A stretch of DNA of 64,000 nt from Sedimentisphaerales bacterium (GTDB lineage Bacteria > Planctomycetota > Phycisphaerae > Sedimentisphaerales > SM23-30). Location of the stretch: positions 32,001-96,000 of the forward strand of contig CAXXFK010000042.1 of assembly GCA_963663965.2 (NCBI GenBank), read 5' to 3'. The stretch's first letter is position 1; the number at the start of each line of letters is the position of its first letter. Under the pieces are notes generated by a model. It made no database searches and had not been told where the DNA came from. It saw only the letters and a list, made by a program, of their open reading frames with translations. Positions 43,346-53,638 of this stretch are shown piece by piece. The translations under genes and the position numbers were made by a program.

Positions 43346-45826
43346 ATGAAAACGAGCGTATTTGAAATCGTTATCGCCATCCTGTGTCTGGCACCGTTTA
43401 GTTGGGGGAGGGAATTTTATTTAACGACGAACTATGCGGAATCTTTTACCCAGGGCTACCGAATTACGGTCAATGATCTTTCCATCGATGGTAATCCGTT
43501 GCGTTTGGGTGGGGTGACCTATAAACGAGGTTTGGGAACTCATGCCAACGGTGAGATCGTGTATCGATTGGGTGGCGCGGCAAAAAGATTTTCGGCGCTG
43601 GTCGGTATTGATGATGAAACGAACAAACTGGGAACCGTCATATTCAAGGTAGTGGCTGATGGCAAAGAGGTATTTAACAGCGATGTCATGAAGGGGGGGG
43701 ATCCTCCGAAGAAGGTTGAACTGGATATCAGCAATGTCAATGAATTGCGTTTGATTTGCGAGGGGACGGATGACCGGATCAGTTACGATCATGCCGATTG
43801 GGTAGAGGCCAGGATTGAAACGAATGACAAAGATTTAATCGCCCGCATTCGCGAGGCGGAACAGATCAATTACCTGAATTTGAAAGACCGGGCGGAAGTC
43901 GACAAGTTGCGGGAGGGCGATCAACCGATCGAACTTAAAGCGGCGGATGGCAGCCAGGTGTTGAGTTTTTATCCCCAGGCCGGGGTGTATGATATTTACG
44001 CCGGAAATGAAAAGATTACCGGCGCCCGTTTGGCCGTGAATGGGGAAGAAGTACTTCGGCAAGGAGAGGTTCAGGGCGCCGCCGATCATCTGATCGTTCG
44101 CAGCAAGCTGAAAACGTTTGAGATCGAAACCTGTTTTGGGCAATACGAAAAGCATTGGTTGAGCTTACAGGTAAAAATCAAAAACAGCGCGGATAAACCG
44201 CATCCGCTGAACAGTTTGATTTATCTGCTGGGGAATCTCGATGGGATTTTAAATGGTAAGCCGGTTCCAGATCTGCGGATATTTACGGATTCCTACAGTA
44301 TGTGGGATGAGATGCCGGGTCATCAGGAAATCGGTGAAAATATGCGTAGTGGGAAATATATCAGTTCGATATTCAGCCCGGATTACCCTCAGGCCTGGAC
44401 GATCGGATTCGCGCCTCCGCAAGACTGGCCGGGGACAATCTCGACTCACGGCAATGCCAACGAACTGCGCGTGTTTATCGATTTATTCGGCAAGCCGTTT
44501 ATGATCGGTCCGGGTGAAGAGGTGGTCTTCGACCGGATGATTCTTACCGGGCAATTCAACCTGGTGGATGGATTGCTGGCCTATGGCGCCTGTTATCGCC
44601 CGCATTTTGACCTGGCGAACGTCAAAAAGATACACGGCTATAACAGCTGGGAGTATTACAAAGGGGATATTAACGCGGAGACGATGGGCCAGGCCCTGAA
44701 GGATCTGAGCGCCTGGGAACCGGCGCGGGAGGCGATGACCTATTTTGTATTGGATAATGGCTGGAAAAACGCCTATGGAGACTGGACGTTTATCAAGGAG
44801 AAATGGCCGGCGGGCGGCAAGGCCTGGACCGATAGCGTCAACCAGGCCGGGTTAGCGCCGGGTATCTGGCTGGCGCCGTTCTGGATGTCGCCGGAATTAA
44901 CCCATGAACTTAATTTGCGGGACTATCCCCCAAACGAATCCGATGGTCTGGCAAAACTGCGGGTACTGATCGATCCATCGGATCCTGGGTTGCGTGATCG
45001 AATTTGTCGTCAGCTTCATGAATTGAGGGAGATGGGATTCCGATATTTTAAGACTGATTTTCTCTTTGATGTCTATAAAGGGAATCGCGATTACAAATAT
45101 TCCAAATATGCTCCGGAACGCGTGATGCGTGAATTTATGCAGGCGATCCGTCAGGCGATGGGTGAGGATGCGTTCTGGCTGGCCTGTGGTACGGTCACAG
45201 CGCCCTGTGCCGGATTAGTGGATGCCTCGCGAGTGGGGATGGATATCAAAGCCAGTTGGGGATGGTTGCGGGATACCATTGTGCGACGTAATGCCGTCCG
45301 GTTCTGGATGCATGGCAATCTGTGGTTATGCGATCAGGATTTTCTGGTCGTGCGCGGACCGGATTTGTGGAAAAAGGGCTTTGAGGAGCCCCTGGCAGTG
45401 GATGTAGCGGCCCCGGGATTCAGCCTGGATGAAGCGAGGACCTGGTGCGCCTATACCGTGATAACCGGCGGACCGGTTATCTGGTCGGATCATCCGGCTG
45501 GAATCACTGATGCCGGCCGCGATCTGGTCGCCCGGACATTGCGCCACGGCGGGGGTCATGCCGGCATCCCTCTTGATCTGGAGAAAACGAACCTGCCCAC
45601 CCGGTGGGTTCGCAGAGAGTCGGACCGGATCTATCTGGCGTTATTCAACTGGGATGAAAAAGAGGCAACTTTTGCACTCACGCCACAAGAAGTACCGGAA
45701 TTAGGCATCGTTAAAGAAGCCGTGGGGATTTTCGATGATAAGAAATATGATATCAATACCGGCCGGTTGGAAACCACGCTCAAGCCGCATCAATCCTTAT
45801 GTGTTTTTATTGCTAAGGGACCGTAA
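43346..45826 (+). CDS. NPCBM-domain alpha-galactosidase (GH36/GH27 clan)
   Basis: GLGTHA...HADW NPCBM domain; GYNSW, VLDNGW, GIWLAPF and YFKTDF. Confidence 0.85.
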   Translation: MKTSVFEIVIAILCLAPFSWGREFYLTTNYAESFTQGYRITVNDLSIDGNPLRLGGVTYKRGLGTHANGEIVYRLGGAAKRFSALVGIDDETNKLGTVIFKVVADGKEVFNSDVMKGGDPPKKVELDISNVNELRLICEGTDDRISYDHADWVEARIETNDKDLIARIREAEQINYLNLKDRAEVDKLREGDQPIELKAADGSQVLSFYPQAGVYDIYAGNEKITGARLAVNGEEVLRQGEVQGAADHLIVRSKLKTFEIETCFGQYEKHWLSLQVKIKNSADKPHPLNSLIYLLGNLDGILNGKPVPDLRIFTDSYSMWDEMPGHQEIGENMRSGKYISSIFSPDYPQAWTIGFAPPQDWPGTISTHGNANELRVFIDLFGKPFMIGPGEEVVFDRMILTGQFNLVDGLLAYGACYRPHFDLANVKKIHGYNSWEYYKGDINAETMGQALKDLSAWEPAREAMTYFVLDNGWKNAYGDWTFIKEKWPAGGKAWTDSVNQAGLAPGIWLAPFWMSPELTHELNLRDYPPNESDGLAKLRVLIDPSDPGLRDRICRQLHELREMGFRYFKTDFLFDVYKGNRDYKYSKYAPERVMREFMQAIRQAMGEDAFWLACGTVTAPCAGLVDASRVGMDIKASWGWLRDTIVRRNAVRFWMHGNLWLCDQDFLVVRGPDLWKKGFEEPLAVDVAAPGFSLDEARTWCAYTVITGGPVIWSDHPAGITDAGRDLVARTLRHGGGHAGIPLDLEKTNLPTRWVRRESDRIYLALFNWDEKEATFALTPQEVPELGIVKEAVGIFDDKKYDINTGRLETTLKPHQSLCVFIAKGP

Positions 45827-45994
45827 ATAAATAACCCCTTCATTTTTCATTCCGGCTTGCCGCCATCTTCATCCGCTTCTCAATCGCGAAATCCTCGATA
45901 TCGATTAGCACTGCCTGCGGTTTCGCTCACTCGGCGCGACTGAATCTGACGACAATCTGTGCGATAAATGCAGCATTTATTTATATACGGACCC
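45817..45994. mobile_element. MITE copy 3 (178 bp, TAA target duplication), overlapping the GH36 stop codon
   Basis: Homologous to 25788-25965; TAA...TAA flanks. Confidence 0.85.
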
Positions 45995-46194
45995 TAAACC
46001 GGCAGTGCCGGAACCAAACAGGGTCACAGCGGCATCCGCCTCCCTGCTGAGATTTCTTTGCCATTTTGCGCAAGATTTCACTCGCAAGACCCTAAACCGG
46101 CAGTGCCGGAACCAAACAGGGTCACAGTGGCATCCGCCTCCCTGCTGAGATTTCTTTGCCATTTTGCGCAAGATTTCACTCGCAAGACCCTAAA
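45990..46194. repeat. 98-bp tandem duplication bounded by GACCCTAAA
   Basis: GACCCTAAA at 45990, 46088 and 46186; the two units differ at one position. Confidence 0.92.
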
Positions 46195-46280
46195 TGACAA
46201 TTAATCTGTCATTAAAGTTGAGTTTGACAATCTGAATTTCAAATAAAACCATAAGCGATTGAGTCGCCAGAAAGAAGATC

Positions 46281-46949
46281 ATGTCGCATCATAAACTGTC
46301 GTATGAAGCCGTCCTGTTCGACCTGGATGGCACTTTGCTGGATACCCTGGCGGACCTGGGTGAGAGTGTCAACCGGGTTCTGGAATCCTTAGGTTTTTCC
46401 GGACATTCTATTGATTCATACCGATTCAGGGTGGGAAATGGCGTCAGGAAGCTGGTAGAACGCAGTTTGCCCCCAGACCGTCAGGAGGTATTTGAGCAGG
46501 CGTTAACGATGCAAAAAGAGCATTATCGCCGGTTTTGTACTGTTCATACCCGGCCTTATCCCGGTGTTATTGAAATATTGAAGTCATTAAAGGCATCTGG
46601 ATTGAAACTGGCGGTGCTTTCAAATAAACCGCATGATTTAACCTGTTATCTGGTGGATTATTATTTTGGTGATCAAGGGTTTGACCTGGTTTGCGGGCAT
46701 CAAGACGGGAGGGCATTGAAACCCGATCCCGGCAGTGCCCTTGGGATTGCCGCCGCTCTTGGGGTCAGGCCTGATCGGATGGTTTTTGTGGGGGACAGCG
46801 CTATGGATATGGAGACCGCACTGGCCGCAGAGATGGTACCGATCGGGGTATTATGGGGATTTCGTCCTAAAAATGAATTAATCAAGGGGGGGGCGGCCCG
46901 GTTGGCGGCGAATTGCGAAGATCTCCTTAAGTGTATTTTAAGTACTTGA
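46281..46949 (+). CDS. HAD-family hydrolase (phosphoglycolate phosphatase-like)
   Basis: FDLDGTL, LSNK, KPDP and VGDS motifs. Confidence 0.9.
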   Translation: MSHHKLSYEAVLFDLDGTLLDTLADLGESVNRVLESLGFSGHSIDSYRFRVGNGVRKLVERSLPPDRQEVFEQALTMQKEHYRRFCTVHTRPYPGVIEILKSLKASGLKLAVLSNKPHDLTCYLVDYYFGDQGFDLVCGHQDGRALKPDPGSALGIAAALGVRPDRMVFVGDSAMDMETALAAEMVPIGVLWGFRPKNELIKGGAARLAANCEDLLKCILST

Positions 46950-47300
46950 TGGATAAAGAGTTAATGTTATTTAGTCGACAGGTTAATCACTGCTTTAATA
47001 AAATTAATTAAAATTATAGTTGTCTTTTTACGATAAATAGGTTTAAAATAAGTGTGCTTGAGTATCTTGTTTTTTAGCAATACACGAAGAATTTCAGTGT
47101 ATTTATGTGAGACCTATATCGGCTGTTACGAAAACGGGTTTACGAACGACAGGATTTCCGGCTATCCAAGTTAATACGTGTATAAACAGCGTCACATTAA
47201 TTCGTGAGTTGTAATTTATTGGAAAATGCCTGTTGTTCGGCAGATTCCTGGTTTTATTTCGATTTTGCACTTTCCGTAAGTGCTGGAGGTTTCACCCGTT

Positions 47301-47606
47301 ATGAGTAACATTTATGTTGGCAATCTGAATTTCAAGACCACTCAGCAAGATCTGGAAGACATGTTCGGTGAGTTTGGTCCGGTCAAGAGCGTACGTATCA
47401 TTACTGATCGTGACAGTGGTCGCAGTAAAGGATTCGCTTTTGTTGAAATGGAATCAAGTGAAGACGCTGAAAAGGCTATTGAAGCCATCAATGGAAAAGA
47501 TATTGGTGGCCGCACTTTAAAAGTGAACGAAGCCCGACCCCGTGAAGAAAACAACAGTCGCGGGCCACGTCGTGGCGGTGGCGGCGGCGGTCAGCGTCGT
47601 TACTAA
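47301..47606 (+). CDS. RRM RNA-binding protein with Gly/Arg-rich tail
   Basis: IYVGNL (RNP2) and KGFAFVEM (RNP1). Confidence 0.95.
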   Translation: MSNIYVGNLNFKTTQQDLEDMFGEFGPVKSVRIITDRDSGRSKGFAFVEMESSEDAEKAIEAINGKDIGGRTLKVNEARPREENNSRGPRRGGGGGGQRRY

Positions 47607-47993
47607 GACTGACTAAAAAAACGAAAAGAAAACGTCGACTCAACAAGATTGGGTGGGCGTTTTCTTTTTTTTAAGGGAGCTGTGAAATGCAATCTGAAAA
47701 GGATTGGCCAGCCATTCGGGAGGAATTTGAATAAGAAACCGATGGGCTTGGTGTGGGCGTGATGTTTTCATCGAGTTATGATAAAAAAGAAAACATCGGG
47801 ATAACTTTGGTTATCGCGATGTTTTCCGGAGGGGAGAAAACTCATTTATCATATCGAAACAATAAGGAAAGAGACTTTAATCCGGGCCGATTTTCCAGCT
47901 TTGCAATTGATTATAGTGTTACAAGAATCAATAAAAAAAGTTGAACCATGTAAAATTTTAAATTTTACATTGATATTGATCGGTGAAGCGCAT

Positions 47994-48026
47994 AAAAAAA
48001 TCCCGCAGATCATCGATCGCGGGATT
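47994..48026 (-). terminator. Putative intrinsic terminator
   Basis: AATCCCGC..GCGGGATT stem followed by a U tract on the minus strand. Confidence 0.7.
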
Positions 48027-48060
48027 AAGTTACGCGAGAAAAAGTAATTAGCAGTAAGGT

Positions 48061-48327
48061 TTATTTATTGTTATCCGATTCTTCCAGCATTTTTCGAAGA
48101 TAGGAATTTTCGCGGCGGGTCGCTTCCAGATCGAACAGGAGATATTTAATACTAAGCCGCAAATAATCCAGAGAATCCTGCAAAGAGGACACGCTTTTTT
48201 TCAGCTGGTTATGTCTTTCTTTGGTTTCTTCGGCCAATTGTTCGAGTTTTTTTCTCTGGGAAGGGGGCAGAGAGCCAATTTCTTTGACCAGATCATTTAA
48301 CTTCTTTTGGAATGTCGTTTCGTCCAT
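48061..48327 (-). CDS. Small conserved coiled-coil hypothetical protein
   Basis: MDETTFQKKL...LDYLRLSIKYLLFDLEATRREN; heptad pattern; GGAG RBS. Confidence 0.8.
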   Translation of the reverse strand: MDETTFQKKLNDLVKEIGSLPPSQRKKLEQLAEETKERHNQLKKSVSSLQDSLDYLRLSIKYLLFDLEATRRENSYLRKMLEESDNNK

Positions 48328-48897
48328 TTTCTTGCTCCCAGGCATAAATGGTTTATATTCAATTTTTTGCCAGAGGCTTACGCTCTCCTCCAACGGTATA
48401 ATAGCTATGGATTATATTTTTTGCAAAAGATGTGCCAGTTGGAATAAATATTGACTTCGCGGTCTAAGGCAGTCAAATACAATGCTTTAGCATAAGTGGG
48501 ACTGGCAAATATTCGAACATGTCGACAAATGCCTTTGTGAGGCAATGTTGATGGAAATCAACATGAGCAACAGGTTTAAAAGACGAAAAAATACGTAACT
48601 ATTTAATCGATAATCTGTTAAGTAGTTATAGCGTGTGGAAAGGAAAAGCGATCCAAAAACGACATGATTCGCTCAGCATACATAATTAATCCGAAGCTAT
48701 GCAAATATCAAAGAGCATCTAATTCAGATTAGCTGATTTTGCTGAAACTCCAAACGCAAAAACTTAAATTTTCAGCGATTTTTATGTAAAATATTTAAGT
48801 GTTTCATAACTGTATTATTATCAATTAGTTAAATGATTTATTGCTTTGGCTTAGGGGTGTAAAAGGGAGAAATGGGAGACGGAAAGGGAGGGGGTAT

Positions 48898-49719
48898 TCA
48901 GGGCATTGGAGAGAAAAGTTGGTTGAATTCCGCGGTAATGTCTGTTTGACGCATGAGCGTTTCGCCAATAAGAACGGCATTGAAGCCATGGTCAATCAGC
49001 AATTCGACATCCTGCCGGGTTTTGATACCGCTTTCACTGACTAAAGGAATGATCCCGAGATACTTTTTAGCCACATTGATAGAATGGCCAAGATTAACAG
49101 TCATGGTTTTCAGATTTCGATTATTAATACCAAGTAGCCAGTGAGGCTGTTTTGGGGCAGAGATTTTCAATAATCGATCCACGATGGCAGTAGATTGGAG
49201 GTCATGAATCTCGAACAGGACCGCCAGATCCATATCGGCGGCGAGCAAAAACAGGTCTTCCAAGGGCTGGTACTGGTCAAAAGCCTCAGCAATCAATAAG
49301 ACGGCATCGGCTCCAGCCGCGCGCGCCTGATAAATCTGATAAGGATCGATGATAAAATCTTTGCGTAAAAGGGGGGTATCGACGGCTGATCTTACCTGAC
49401 TAAGGTATTCCAGTTTACCCTGGAAATATGGTTCGTCCGTAAGGATGCTGATCGCGTCGGCCCCTGCATGCAAATAGACGCGGGCAATGGCAACCGGATC
49501 GAAATCCGGACGAATTAAACCCGCCGAAGGCGAGGCTTTTTTAATTTCAGAGATCACATTAATACCCCGACGATTCGATTTCGTTAGACTGGCCAAGAAG
49601 TCTTTTGTTTTGCTTTGATTGTGAATGATGTTAACAAGAGAGTCCTGAGAAACTTCTAATTTTTGGTTATGAAGTTCCTGTTGTTTGGTAAGTAATATTT
49701 TGTGTAATATATCAGTCAT
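48898..49719 (-). CDS. trpC: Indole-3-glycerol phosphate synthase
   Basis: EIKKASPS, SILTD, LRKDF, GINNRNL and SESGI. Confidence 0.95.
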   Translation of the reverse strand: MTDILHKILLTKQQELHNQKLEVSQDSLVNIIHNQSKTKDFLASLTKSNRRGINVISEIKKASPSAGLIRPDFDPVAIARVYLHAGADAISILTDEPYFQGKLEYLSQVRSAVDTPLLRKDFIIDPYQIYQARAAGADAVLLIAEAFDQYQPLEDLFLLAADMDLAVLFEIHDLQSTAIVDRLLKISAPKQPHWLLGINNRNLKTMTVNLGHSINVAKKYLGIIPLVSESGIKTRQDVELLIDHGFNAVLIGETLMRQTDITAEFNQLFSPMP

Positions 49720-50149
49720 ATCAGATTAAGCCAAACTAACAAATTGTAGTATTCAGCAGGATTAAGTGGGCAAAAAACGATAAATCGCATCTAATTGAAA
49801 ATTAAACATTGTAATGTCCATTCTAATGGATCTGGAAAAAAAGCCAATATTTTTCAATAAATTATTTAATCCGGCCAATATAGCTAGAAATAAAACTTAT
49901 ATTTTGTTTTTTTCTGTTGCATCAGCAAATGAAATTTATTACAGTGACATATAGTTTTAGGTTAAAGAACAAATTTTTATTGAAAATCAGAGTTGGTGGT
50001 TTTGCTGATCGCAGAGATGGTTGTGGCAAATAAGTAATAGTTTATCAAGTATAGTATAGCCAGTATTTACGTGATTGATCTGTGTTCATATTGGTTTCGA
50101 ATGCGGTCAATGCGGATTTGGAAATCAGACTATCGGGGATAAATGGATT

Positions 50150-52459
50150 ATGACAAGCCTATTGCCTATCAGCTGTTTATCGGGCAAGTTTGAGGAGGAA
50201 TGTGCTTCCATTGCTCGGGAAATAGGATTTGATATTCTGGATACTGTTAACTGGACTGAATTAACGGTCAATCACATTGTTGCCCTTGAACCAGATTTAA
50301 TCGTATTGGATGGGCGGGCTTATGCCAATCAAGCATTCGATATCTGCCGTATGTTAAAATATCATCGGCATACAAGGATTATCCCGCTTTTAATAATATG
50401 GTCAGAAATACCCGCAGGTTATCCCGCCAGTTTGATTGAGGCCGGCGCCGATATTGTTGCGAGCGGTGAAGATAAGAAATCAATACTAAACCAAACGAAG
50501 GTTTTGATTCGCAGCAGGTCTTATACCAGGCATTTCCGGAACAATTATACCAATTTAATCCAGTCAATCAAACAATTGCGTCATCAATATTTACAGGCGA
50601 ATAAAGACAATCAGAAACTGATGGATGTGTCTGAGGCAATTGTTATTACATTATCATCGGAAGGTTTAATACAAAAAGTAAACCAGAAGGCGCTGGAAAT
50701 CCTGGGAGAAGAGGAGGAGGCGATCATTGGCCGACACTGGATCAAGACTTATGTTGTTTCCGAGAAACGAACCCTGGTGGAATCGATATTCGATCGATTG
50801 GGGCATGAGAATCAGGAATGTCAACTGGAATTGGAGCATAGCATCCTGACACAAGAACGCGGCGAATGTGTCCTGTTATGCCGCTATTCGCTGCGAGAGG
50901 ATATCTATGGCAATCCTGCCGGATTGATTCTGTCGGCCCAGGATATCACATTGGCAAAGCGGATCGAAAATGCCTTATATGACAGTGAGGGCCGCTATGA
51001 ATCAATGGCGCGAATTTCGCCAGTGGGCATATTCCGGGTAGATCCCACCGGTCATTATATTTATTTCAATGAACGCTGGAAGGCGATTACCGGACTGGAT
51101 CAGGAGGTTGCGTGGGAGAAGTACTGGATCGATACCGTTTGTGAACCAGACCGGGACGAGGTACAGAAAAACTGGAGGGCCTTTGTCCAGGGAGAAAAGG
51201 CATTCAGTATGGAATTCCGGCTTTGCGATCTGCCCAATCAAGAAATCTGGGTTAATTGTCATCTGGTCGCGGAAAAAGACAAAAAGGGCCTTGTGACCGG
51301 ATATCTGGGAACGATCACCGATATATCGGAACGCAAAAAAGCCGAAAAGATGTTGCGCAATTATGAGAACACGGTCGAGAGTACGGAAGATATGCTGATC
51401 GCGCTGGATCAGGATTATCGTTTCCTGATCGCCAATCAGGCGTTCCTGCGTTATTTTAATTTACGCAAGGAAGCGGTGATCGGTAACCGGGCCGGAGAGA
51501 CCCTGGAGGAGGGGTTTTTCGACAAAAATATGAAACCCAATCTGGATTTGTGTTTAAAGGGTAAATTTATTCAATATGAGCGGCCCTTGACATTGCCACA
51601 TGCAGGGAAACGTTTTGTGAGCGAATCGATGTTCCCGTTGACCGATCAGAGCGGTGAGGTTTGTGGAATCGTAGCTTCTATTCGAGATATAACAGATCGC
51701 AAAACAGTCGAAAAGCAGTTGCTGGATTATCAGTCTCAACTGAAAAAGTTATCAACAAAATTGTCACTATCGGAAGAGCGTGAGCGCCGCCAGATTGCGG
51801 TAGAACTCCATGACCGAATCTCTCAGACACTGGTCTTTGCCAAAATGAAGGTGGACTTATTACAAGACAAACCTTTAGTGGGGAAAGATCGCAAGGCATT
51901 ACAAGAAGTCGCGGATCTGATTCATGAAACGCTGGATAACGTTCATCGATTAACTCATGAGTTGAGTTATCCGATTCTGTATGAGATGGGATTCGAAGCG
52001 GCAGTAAGCGCCTGGGTGGCTGATCATATCGAGAAGAAGCATAAATTGCCGGTTGACATCTGTGATGACGGGAATCCCAAACCGTTAAGTGATGAAGTCC
52101 GATTGATCTTATTCCGAGCCGCCAGGGAATTGCTAAATAACGTAGTGAAGCACGCCCGGGCCCATCGAGTGCGTATTGTGATTCAGCGTGTTGGGCATCA
52201 GATTGAATTAATTGTTGAGGATGACGGTATTGGATTTGGGGGGTATGATCGGAATGTCAATCCAGAATTAGGCAGCGGATTTGGCTTATTCGATATCCGG
52301 GAACGTTTGGAGCAGGTGAAGGGTAATATCGTTATCAAATCAAATCCGGGAGAAGGGACAAAAGTTATTGTCAGAGCCCCGTTAAAAGGATATACTGATA
52401 AGCTTGAGGAACGGGCCGTTTATGGCCAGGCAGAAAAACGTACCTCAGATTTACATTAA
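50150..52459 (+). CDS. Cytoplasmic PAS-domain sensor histidine kinase (HisKA_3) with N-terminal receiver-like domain
   Basis: Three PAS/PAC domains; ERRQIAVELHD; N box ELLNNVVKHA; DDGIGF; GFGL. Confidence 0.9.
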   Translation: MTSLLPISCLSGKFEEECASIAREIGFDILDTVNWTELTVNHIVALEPDLIVLDGRAYANQAFDICRMLKYHRHTRIIPLLIIWSEIPAGYPASLIEAGADIVASGEDKKSILNQTKVLIRSRSYTRHFRNNYTNLIQSIKQLRHQYLQANKDNQKLMDVSEAIVITLSSEGLIQKVNQKALEILGEEEEAIIGRHWIKTYVVSEKRTLVESIFDRLGHENQECQLELEHSILTQERGECVLLCRYSLREDIYGNPAGLILSAQDITLAKRIENALYDSEGRYESMARISPVGIFRVDPTGHYIYFNERWKAITGLDQEVAWEKYWIDTVCEPDRDEVQKNWRAFVQGEKAFSMEFRLCDLPNQEIWVNCHLVAEKDKKGLVTGYLGTITDISERKKAEKMLRNYENTVESTEDMLIALDQDYRFLIANQAFLRYFNLRKEAVIGNRAGETLEEGFFDKNMKPNLDLCLKGKFIQYERPLTLPHAGKRFVSESMFPLTDQSGEVCGIVASIRDITDRKTVEKQLLDYQSQLKKLSTKLSLSEERERRQIAVELHDRISQTLVFAKMKVDLLQDKPLVGKDRKALQEVADLIHETLDNVHRLTHELSYPILYEMGFEAAVSAWVADHIEKKHKLPVDICDDGNPKPLSDEVRLILFRAARELLNNVVKHARAHRVRIVIQRVGHQIELIVEDDGIGFGGYDRNVNPELGSGFGLFDIRERLEQVKGNIVIKSNPGEGTKVIVRAPLKGYTDKLEERAVYGQAEKRTSDLH

Positions 52460-52474
52460 TTCAGGATTAATATC

Positions 52475-53128
52475 ATGGGAACGAAGATATTATTAGCCGA
52501 CGACCATGAAATCGTACGATGCGGATTAAAAGCGATCATAGAAACCAGGCCGGACCTGGAGGTTATTGGTGAGGCGGGGAATGGCCGCGAGGCCGTATCA
52601 ATGGTGGATGAATTAAGACCGCATATTGTGATCATGGACATTACGATGCCGGATTTAAATGGTTTGGAAGCTACCCGGCAGATTAAAGATAAGCATCCCG
52701 CCATCCGGATTATTGCTTTATCCATGCATCATAATAAACGGTTTGTAGTTGATATGCTGAAGGCCGGAGTTTCAGGATATATTTCTAAAGCAACTGTTCA
52801 TAATGATTTGCTGCTTGCTATCGGCGCAGCAATGGCGGGGGAAGTATATTTAAGTTCAAAGATTACCGGTATTGTGGCGGAAGATTATATTACCGGCCAA
52901 GCAGGTGGAGAAGCAGTACCCGCATCCGTCTTGTCTCCACGCGAACGGGAAGTCCTTCAGTTGATTGCGGAAGGAAAATCCACGAAAGAAATCGCGTTGC
53001 ACCTCCATGTCAGCGTAAAGACAATCGAGTCGACTCGACGCCAAATTATGAATAAATTGAACATATTCAATGTGGCAGATTTGACAAAGTATGCAATTAG
53101 CGAAGGCTTGACAACGCTGGAATTTTAA
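52475..53128 (+). CDS. NarL/LuxR-family response regulator
   Basis: LADDH, MDITMP and LSPREREVLQLIAEGKSTKEIA. Confidence 0.95.
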   Translation: MGTKILLADDHEIVRCGLKAIIETRPDLEVIGEAGNGREAVSMVDELRPHIVIMDITMPDLNGLEATRQIKDKHPAIRIIALSMHHNKRFVVDMLKAGVSGYISKATVHNDLLLAIGAAMAGEVYLSSKITGIVAEDYITGQAGGEAVPASVLSPREREVLQLIAEGKSTKEIALHLHVSVKTIESTRRQIMNKLNIFNVADLTKYAISEGLTTLEF

Positions 53129-53638
53129 GAGGGTACGGGGAGAAAGAGCCTTAATTCCGGTTTTGAGATAAGAACGGCATTTATAAAATATCTGTTTAAA
53201 TATATGTTGCTCAAGAGTGTGAATGTCGGGTTGTGTTTTTTAAGTCATTAATTTATAGTATTTTGTGGTAAATCGCATCATTGATGGTCCAGCCATCATA
53301 TATAGTGTGATGGGTCATAAAAAGAGTTTGTATTTATACAGGTTTTTCGGTAGCAAGATTAAGGGATTCCCTGTATTGATATATTTCATCAGGGTCGATA
53401 TGATATATGTAACAATAAGAAAACCGGGCTTGATGCATGCTATCTGGCTTTCCCTCAATCCCCGACCTCCAGATAGCATGCGATTTTTTTATGCAAAACA
53501 AAAAAACTGAGATTAGCTTGTTTTCGGTTCGATTCGGGATATAATCAATGCAATTGTGTGGCTGTTTGTAACTCTCTATAGTTTAAATAGATATGGCTTA
53601 TATGGCTGATGGGGCATTGAAGCGCCCATTTCGAAGTT

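Noticed and set aside
45990..46194. Bona fide integron attC array
   Set aside because: No integrase, no cassette ORFs and no clear paired R/L boxes; kept only as an unexplained repeat
53130..53638. Cobalamin or SAM riboswitch upstream of the RACo/HMT genes
   Set aside because: No recognisable B12 box or S-box consensus by eye; an Infernal search would settle it
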